In this document: one piece after another, positions 55,191 to 64,000 of the stretch | How the letters are laid out: the number at the start of each line of letters is the position of its first letter | Position numbering within the stretch: the first letter of the stretch is position 1 | Source of the DNA: Eledone cirrhosa | Taxonomy: Eukaryota | Direction of reading: 5' to 3' | NCBI GenBank assembly: GCA_964016885.1 | Contig: OZ024742.1 | Location: forward strand, 123,752,001 to 123,816,000 | Length of the DNA: 64,000 nucleotides | Notes under the pieces: model-generated | Seen by the model: only the letters and a program-made list of their open reading frames with translations | The model's database searches: none | What the model was told of the DNA's origin: nothing | Position numbers and translations under genes: made by a program

Positions 55191-55385
55191 GGGCGGTGTA
55201 TTGGCAGTATCGGTAGAGGGTCAGACGCCGTGCTTTGCATCAAAGAGTTACGGCCCTTTATGGTCTGAGTTCAAATCCCGCCGAGGTTAACTTTGCCTTT
55301 CATCCCTACGGGGTCGATAAAATAAAGTACCAGTAATACACTGGGATAATGTCTGGCCTTGTGCCAAAAGTAGAAACAATTATTT
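55191..55385 (+). mobile_element. tRNA-derived SINE with Nin/Deu-like core
   Basis: A-box-like tggcagtatcggtaga, B-box gagttcaaatcc, core gcctttcatcc..ggggtcgataaaataaagtaccag. Confidence 0.8.
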
Positions 55386-56069
55386 TATAATAGAGGGAGA
55401 GAACCAGTTCATAGCGTACACACAATGATGTCAGTTGAATTTAGACAACAACAATTTGGTGAATAACTATATATATATATATTCGTACATGTGTGTGTAT
55501 GGTGTGTGGGTGTCAATATGATTGTATATGTGGATCTGCATATGTTCACGTGTATGTTTATATGCAGTTATCGCATGAATAGTTTCCGAAATATATGTAT
55601 ATATGTATGCATGCATGTATGCGTGTGTATATATGTATGTATGCATATAAACATGTATATATATATGAGATGACCCCTTAGCCTTTGTCAAGGCAGAATT
55701 CTAGGAGAAGGAAAACTCTGATATAACACCTGCAACCCTGATGGTATCCAATGATGTTGACTTGTTCTTCTTTTTGGTAAATATCATCTTGGTTAAGAGA
55801 GTGGGACTGGCTTTGTGCAGTGCCTTTGTTCACTATAAAAGCTTCATGGCACAGGCATTGCTTTATATCTGGTGATCTCTCTGCACTTGTCGTCACATGG
55901 TACCATGGGTCCAGCACTATGTGTCAATAATTGTCACAAGTGTCGAGTTTGTACCAGAGATTTCAAGTCGCTGGCTGGACTAAAAAGACACACTCGTTCA
56001 ACGCATCGGTAGGGGTTCTCCTACATGGATATAAAGTAGTGGCCGTACTCGAAAACGAGTTGGCAGCCA

Positions 56070-56820
<751 letters not shown>

Positions 56821-56953
56821 TATTTCTGAAGACAGCATATATATGTGAAGGTATGTATATTGTCTCTGATAGTTTGTATAATTTTGTACATAGATCTTTT
56901 GAATATGCATACCAATTCTAACACATATATGTCCTAGAAACGATCGTAAAATA
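56821..56953 (+). ncRNA. Second copy of the long-stem-II hammerhead (ACGATCGT family)
   Basis: tattt-CTGAAGA..GAAACGATCGTA-aaata; the core is conserved while the stem II sequence diverges. Confidence 0.75.
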
Positions 56954-57014
56954 ATGAACTTTTTTCGTTTAATATAAGGAACTGTTTCTTTGTTTATTCA
57001 TTATTTTTTTAATA

Positions 57015-57100
<86 letters not shown>

Positions 57101-57124
57101 GGATATATATTTATATATATATCC

Positions 57125-57156
<32 letters not shown>

Positions 57157-57182
57157 ATATATATGGATATATATATATAAAT

Positions 57183-57234
<52 letters not shown>

Positions 57235-57296
57235 CGATATATATTTATATATATATATATATATCCATATATATTTATATATATATATATATATCC

Positions 57297-57361
<65 letters not shown>

Positions 57362-57363
<2 letters not shown>

Positions 57364-57737
57364 CAACCAAAATCAAATAGAAAACATGAATGGAACAGCA
57401 ACATCACAACTTACAATTAAGGACAAAATGAAAACACACACGCACATAGAACAAACAACCAACCAGTAACATGTAAATAAACAAATACATAAACAAATAT
57501 AAACACACACAGACACCCAGATGTAACGCATGCGCAAACTAAGCACACAACACACACAAAAACAAGATGGTGTACGACAGAACAAAGAAGAGGCACAAAA
57601 ACAAAGAAAATAATGCCCAGTCACTGAAGAGGTCACATAATGTTTGACGAAATAACTTTGACAATATATAAACAATCATCTGGTTCTGGAACCAACCAAC
57701 CTGCCGGAAATTTATGAATTCCTAAATTTATAAATAT
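57362..57737 (+). mobile_element. 3' UTR fragment of the Naiad-like PLE
   Basis: Homologous to ~34885-35250; lies between (TA)n tracts. Confidence 0.8.
57620..57662 (+). ncRNA. Minimal hammerhead, same family as 35137
   Basis: gtca-CTGAAGA..tgac-GAAA-taacTT-tgac. Confidence 0.58.
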
Positions 57738-57739
57738 AA

Positions 57740-57779
<40 letters not shown>

Positions 57780-57803
57780 ATATATATATATATATATATA
57801 TAT

Positions 57804-57953
<150 letters not shown>

Positions 57954-58396
57954 AACAATATATTTAGAAACACACAGATACATGCGGACACACACATATA
58001 CATGAATGCATCCACACCCAACCGTGAGTAAAGGGTGCCAACCTCACCGATGTTGCTCAATGAATGACTGGGACAGACCAATCCGGTTGAACCAGACTGA
58101 ACCAGTATCAGAGTTAAAAATACATTATGAAGAGAGAAGAAACATTTAGATATAATTGGTAATAAAATGTATCATACCTAAACTGCTCTTAGATTCCTCG
58201 ACTACGTAGTTTCGTGGCATAAAAAAAACAATACATCATAAAGATATAGTCCTTGCGAGGTCTGCCGACTTATCAAGAGGATACCTCATTTTACTAGCCT
58301 CAAGAACGCGTCTACACGACGTGAGAAAGAATCCCAAAAGGCGGAGGGGGAGATAGTCACGCGATATAACGGTCGAGATGGATATATATATATATA

Positions 58397-60914
58397 GCAT
58401 GAGGTCAAAGAAGATACTAGGGAGGGGGAGGGGAGGAAGTCGAAATAATAAGCAAAACAATATGGGGTAAATATATAGAAAAATACCGAGAGTGTTAAAA
58501 AGCAATTAAATGTAAAAAAAACAACAATTTCTGGTTACTTCGACCTAAGTCTCTCACTGGTACTGCTAGGCTAAAGAAAGGTTTACTAGGTGGGACGGAA
58601 TTATAATGAGACCCTTTTAAGAGGTATAAGTAATAAATCGAGTATATCTTACGGTGACGGGTCAACAAGTGAGGGGCCAATACTAAAGAAACTGCCACGA
58701 AATAATAAATAAAGGTTTCTACCCCAGGCACAAGGCCAGCAACCACCCAGTGCAAACAAATAAACTAATACGAAATAATAATTCAGGATCCCGAAAAAGA
58801 ATACAAATACTATCTCTAAGGGTGCCGCCACTATACAAACATTCTAGTGCAAACTACATAAATGCTCGTACGAAGTATATGTAAAATTTGATATGGAAAA
58901 TAAATTCAGAACCCCCCCCCCCAAAAAAAAAATACTGATATACGAGAAATTAAAGCAAAGATACCACTAAGAAATATAGAAAGCACAGAAAAGGGGTAGC
59001 GATCGGATAAGAAGGCAAGTATCCGCGGTCTAACACATCTGCTATAAAAAGCGGAGTCGGCCAAATCTATCACAGAATAGGGGAAGAGCTTGGGGGTACT
59101 GAGGCTACAAAGGACCGACGGGCTGCCTCGGGGCGCGAGAAAATAAAAAGGACGGCGACAAAGAAAGAGGACTGGGGTGGAAGGACTATGGAGGGATGGA
59201 GGGAAGAAGGAAAGATAGAGGAAGCGATAAAAAGACATAAAAGAAGATCTTACGTCTACCTATGCAAGCGGGGGTTACCCATTACAAAATCGGCAAGTGG
59301 GGTGTTATAGCCCTAGTCTAACCCCCCCCCCGAGTCATTATGGGGTTTGAGGGCGAGGTAAGTCCTACGCAATCTGTGTTTACATGCAGTAACCAGTTCA
59401 ATCTTTCTTGTTTAGGAGTTGGCCTGTCGAACACACCATTTGTAAAGTTTCCTCCTAGCATAAATTGCACGGACGGCGTCCTCCCGTGTAAGAGTTGGCT
59501 CTGGACAGTAAGCTCCAAGTGAGATCATAGGTAATGTTGTTATCCTTGAGGTCCCTTATGTGGCCCGAAAGTGTAGTGGCGTGACGCCGGGCCGGGTTTT
59601 GGAAGGTATGTCTGTGTTGGTATAGCCGGGTCTTGAAGTCACATGCGGTTAATCCTATATAAGCTTTGTTGGAGGTGTCCGTCCTCACGTTGCACTGGTA
59701 GATCACATTACGATCTCTGCATCTGTTGTCGAGGGGGCAAATGGATCCATCAGGACAGTTGCACCTCCTGGTCGGCTCTCCACAGCTATTTAGGTTATTT
59801 CTTCCATAGGGGTTGAGTTTTTTTGTTGTTAGAGGAGACGATGTTTTGTGCAAAATTTGGTGTGGTGCTGCAAGAGAGTTTGATGGTATTTTTGTTAATT
59901 ATGTTGTGGTAGCGGTGTTGTAGTGGGAAGTGTTTTTCAATGAGCATAAAGAAGATTTTCCCGATAGGAGTTGTCACCTCGGCGTTGTGGGGAGGATTGA
60001 ACCATGTTACATTACGTGAGCGGCGGTGTCGCCTGCTGGTTCCGCTAATGGAAGCTGGACAGTAGGATATTTCCTCCCGGAAACCACTCCGCTTGAGGTC
60101 TTGGTTGTAATAAGGCGCAGGTTCCTCGAATATCTGCTCATTAGCTGAGAAACGGGATATGCGGAAGGAGATGTTTTTAACCAGGTTATTGGTGATGTTC
60201 CTAGGATGGTTTGACCGGCGGTGGATGTAGTTCAGGTTGTCGTTAGGTTTCCTGTATGGGTAGTACAGAGCATTATCGAGGTCAAGGGTAACGTCCAGGA
60301 AGTTTACTCGGGTCAGGACGTTTGTAGGGTTATTTTAAATCCCCAGTCGCGGAAGAAGGTGATTAATTGTTTACGGACCTGATCTGTACTACTGGGGTTC
60401 GTAGTAACCAGGAATTGTTTATTTTCTTTTTACATTTATTTTCTTTTTAACACTCTCGGTATTTTTCTATATATTTACCCCATATAGTTTTACTTATTGT
60501 TTCGACTTCCTCCCCCTCCCCCTCCCTAGTATCTTCTTTGACCTCATGCCCAGCTGTAGTCGGCACTTTCAACGCATGACTGGGTCTCCTCCACCCCCTC
60601 TCCCTCTTTCTCCTACTGGCAGGTTCAGCTACCCCTTCCCTCCACAAATTGCCATGATAGAATTATTATGTCTCAACAACAAACTGTTGACCAATCTTTG
60701 TGACAATCACTTTTACCATATATGGAATTACCCCTTGAGAAGCTCGGCTATTCAAATACCAGGATAAAAATTTTCATTTAGTCCAGAATTAGCCGTCGAA
60801 ACGGGTTGAGCTCAGCCGTCGGGGTCCTACTCGTTCCTATTACCCACTCTACTACCCTAAGTATTGAGTACTTTGGTGCGTTATGGTCCACCTGGCTCCT
60901 TACCACATTTCCTC

Positions 60915-60917
<3 letters not shown>
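58397..60917. mobile_element. PLE family A: minus-strand ORF-bearing arm (~58397-60400) joined to a plus-strand 3'-end arm (~60405-60917)
   Basis: ORFs 59455..59853 and 59795..59977; homology to 3375-5420 and 7200-7675; TA-flanked. Confidence 0.87.
60730..60825 (+). ncRNA. Type I hammerhead, U3-A8 variant (PLE family A)
   Basis: acccc-TTGAGAA..gccgtc-GAAA-cgggttgagctcagccGTC-ggggt. Confidence 0.75.
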
Positions 60918-60952
<35 letters not shown>

Positions 60953-60974
60953 TTATATATATATATATATATAC

Positions 60975-61073
<99 letters not shown>

Positions 61074-61348
61074 CATATATATATATAAACGGAAAAAATG
61101 AAACGAAATTTCATTTCCCACTCTTAGTACGGCTGTTACTTAAATATAAGTATGTACACGTACATACATATGTATATAGACGTACAGTAGTATGTATATA
61201 TACACACATGCACACATATATATATATATATACGTATAGATACACCGAACATTTATTATAATGCTCGGTGTGTTTGTAAACAAACATCACGTATTAAGCC
61301 GTAGTGTCTAGTAACATCTTTGCTCGTTTGTTCAACACTGACAAAGGA

Positions 61349-61391
61349 ACGCTGTACTAGTTTCAAGCTTATTAGCTATCGTCAGCAACTT
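61349..61391 (-). ncRNA. Mirror copy of the 61769 hammerhead
   Basis: Reverse complement: gttg-CTGACGA..GAAACTAGTA-cagc. Confidence 0.72.
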
Positions 61392-61768
61392 ATACCTTCC
61401 TGCCAGATTGTTGAACGTATATACTTACCTTATGTATATTAACGGCTGAGTAGCCTAATTTGCATGTCGAGTGGATTAATCAGCCGAGTGGACCGAAAAC
61501 GATGAAGGGAAAAAAGGAAACGAAATTTCATTTCCTACTCTTATTACGGCTGTTACTTAAATATAAGTATCTACACGTACATACATATATGTATACAGAC
61601 GTACAGTAGTATGTATATATATATACACAAATGCACACATATATATATGTACGTTTATCGTTATCGGTGCACCCAGCCGATTTACCCACTCGATATGCAA
61701 ATTGGGCTACTCAGCCGTTAATATGCATAAGGTAAGTATATACGTTCAACAATCTGGCAGGAAGGTAT

Positions 61769-61811
61769 ACGTTGCTGACGATAGCTAATAAGCTTGAAAC
61801 TAGTACATCGT
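61769..61811 (+). ncRNA. Minimal type I hammerhead (ACTAGT helix III)
   Basis: acgttg-CTGACGA-tagct aata agctt-GAAA-CTAG-TA-catcgt. Confidence 0.72.
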
Positions 61812-62007
61812 TCCTTTGTAGGTGTTGAACAAACGAGCGACGATGGTTGCTAGACACTGTACGGCTTAATTTGGTATGTTTGTTTACAAACACACCGAGC
61901 ATTATAATAAATGTTCGGTGAACCCATACGTACATATATATATATGTGTGCATGTTTGTATATATATATACATATCACTGTACGTTTGTATACATATATG
62001 TATGTAC

Positions 62008-62177
<170 letters not shown>

Positions 62178-62208
62178 ATACACATATATATATATGTTCA
62201 TACATACA

Positions 62209-62267
<59 letters not shown>

Positions 62268-62286
62268 ATACACATATATATATATG

Positions 62287-62341
<55 letters not shown>

Positions 62342-62350
62342 GTACATACA

Positions 62351-62385
<35 letters not shown>

Positions 62386-62386
62386 G

Positions 62387-62434
<48 letters not shown>

Positions 62435-62469
62435 CATATACATGTATACATATATATTTATATATATAC

Positions 62470-62548
<79 letters not shown>

Positions 62549-62557
62549 CATATATAC

Positions 62558-62601
<44 letters not shown>

Positions 62602-64000
62602 GTGTGTGTGTGAATGTGTGTGTGTGCATTCGTGTATGCATGCAGTTGTATACGTCGGTACATGGTTGAGAATTTCGCTATGTCACCATGTCAATTTGTG
62701 CTGTATTTCACAGCTTTCCCCCGTAGGGCAATGGTTTCTATTATAGATTCCAGCTGACCATCATGAGTTAATTTTCTAGTCGCACGATATTCAACAAATT
62801 CATTCTATTGCGGAATATTCTCTCACTCTTTGTCCTTTGATTTATGCCAGATCATCATGTTGATTATATTTATTTCTGCTACAATTGATTTAATCAATTT
62901 AAAAGTCCGTATAGAGACACTATGTTCAAGTGAGTCTTCTGCATGCTACTGCTGCTATATAACCCAGTACAAATTGCTTCAGGGTTGAGTGCTGGCTGAT
63001 GAAACCGGCTCTGCCATTAGACCATGATCTGGTGGGGTGATTAAGTCGATTTCCAGCAGCAAAGATAACAGGGTTTTTATACTGAAGGATGATCTACTCG
63101 GAGTCAAATTCCAACCACCCCAAATGTTGGTTAAAATGCCTCACCGACCCGCAATTGGCCAGGCATGTTGAGTCCGGCTAAACCCCTGACATGACGATAA
63201 ATAAATAAAAATCGGTGAAGTAACACAACAGTGAGGGCTGCTCTAACACGAGTGAGAATACTCTGCATCGGTTCGTATTGTATAGAGCTACTAAACCATG
63301 AGCCACCAGAAAATGTATAAAATATTCTTTACAATTAAGAAACAAGACATAGATTAAAAGAGAAAAAAAAGGGGGTAAATTAAGCAAAAACAAGAAGAAT
63401 GAAACTTAAAATAGAATGTTCTAAACAAACAATTACCTAGTTGCTGGTTGGTCCTGAAGGTTGACATAAAGCATCACTTGCCACTCTCAATCACGCTCTT
63501 TTCTTTTCCACACACACACAATCCTCCTCCTCTATTTTGAAATTGAAGTCAAACAAAGACTGATGTTGAGTTTCATATCGATTAGTCATTGGGAAAACGA
63601 TGCTGTGATTGATTCAATCGAGAAATGCACGCACAAAAATTTAGATATTATTACTCTAGAATACTGAACCATTAGAAATGGCAAAAAGAAACTCTATTAT
63701 ATAAAATGTTAATGACAAACATGACTAAAGGATCTTATGAAGCAAAAACAGGACTAAAGGATCTTATGAAGCAAAAATATCGGATGGTTAAATCGCCAAT
63801 CAGTGAACTATTTCTGTTAAAAATTGCAGTTACTCTGATTATAAATGAAGTATCCTCTTTACCGATAAATATTCCCCTCTGCTTACCTTAAAATATTAAT
63901 GAAGCTAACTGTAACTGTTTATCTGTATCTTCGTTAAATGACACTCTTACTACATATTTAAGGTCACTTTTATATTATAAAGCAATTCATTTCACTGTAT

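Larger units (their letters stand above)
61088..61995. mobile_element. Composite non-coding insertion: ~350-bp inverted arms with hammerheads plus a direct duplication (61090-61235 / 61510-61655)
   Basis: Inverted homology ~61150-61505 vs 61655-61995; TA flanks. Confidence 0.65.

Noticed and set aside
55191-55290. tRNA genes
   Set aside because: The A/B boxes belong to SINE heads; there is no complete cloverleaf.
62989-63060. CTGATGA inside a hairpin (hammerhead or SECIS candidate)
   Set aside because: There is no downstream GAAA/helix III and no correctly placed GA quartet or apical AA.

Overview
AT-rich animal genomic DNA dense in (TA)n microsatellites. An octopus/coleoid cephalopod origin is inferred from the SINE types and the TA-targeted retroelements; it is not proven. 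Most ORF-track entries are (TA)n/(CA)n translation artefacts. The only host-gene segment I recognise is a 137-nt internal exon (27618-27754, +) of a carbonic anhydrase-related protein (CA10/CARP-like), so much of the window is probably intron. The rest is dominated by Penelope-like retroelements (PLEs; RT + C-terminal GIY-YIG) of at least four coding families plus many non-coding derivatives, nearly all inserted in (TA)n. There are also Nin/Deu-domain and Meta-type tRNA SINEs and RTE LINE fragments. The main unannotated signal is RNA structure: by eye I count about 28 type-I hammerhead ribozyme motifs in roughly 14 unrelated sequence families, at the 3' ends of these TA-inserted elements. They include a family with a compensatory U3-A8 core (UUGAGAA instead of CUGANGA), a C4 variant, several with very long stem II inserts, and family-specific palindromes in helix III. 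The insertions repeatedly show one architecture, (TA)n-[tail-less inverted arm][arm with unique 3' tail]-(TA)n, at sizes from ~150 bp to 4.6 kb. All folds were read manually and no cleavage activity is demonstrated.
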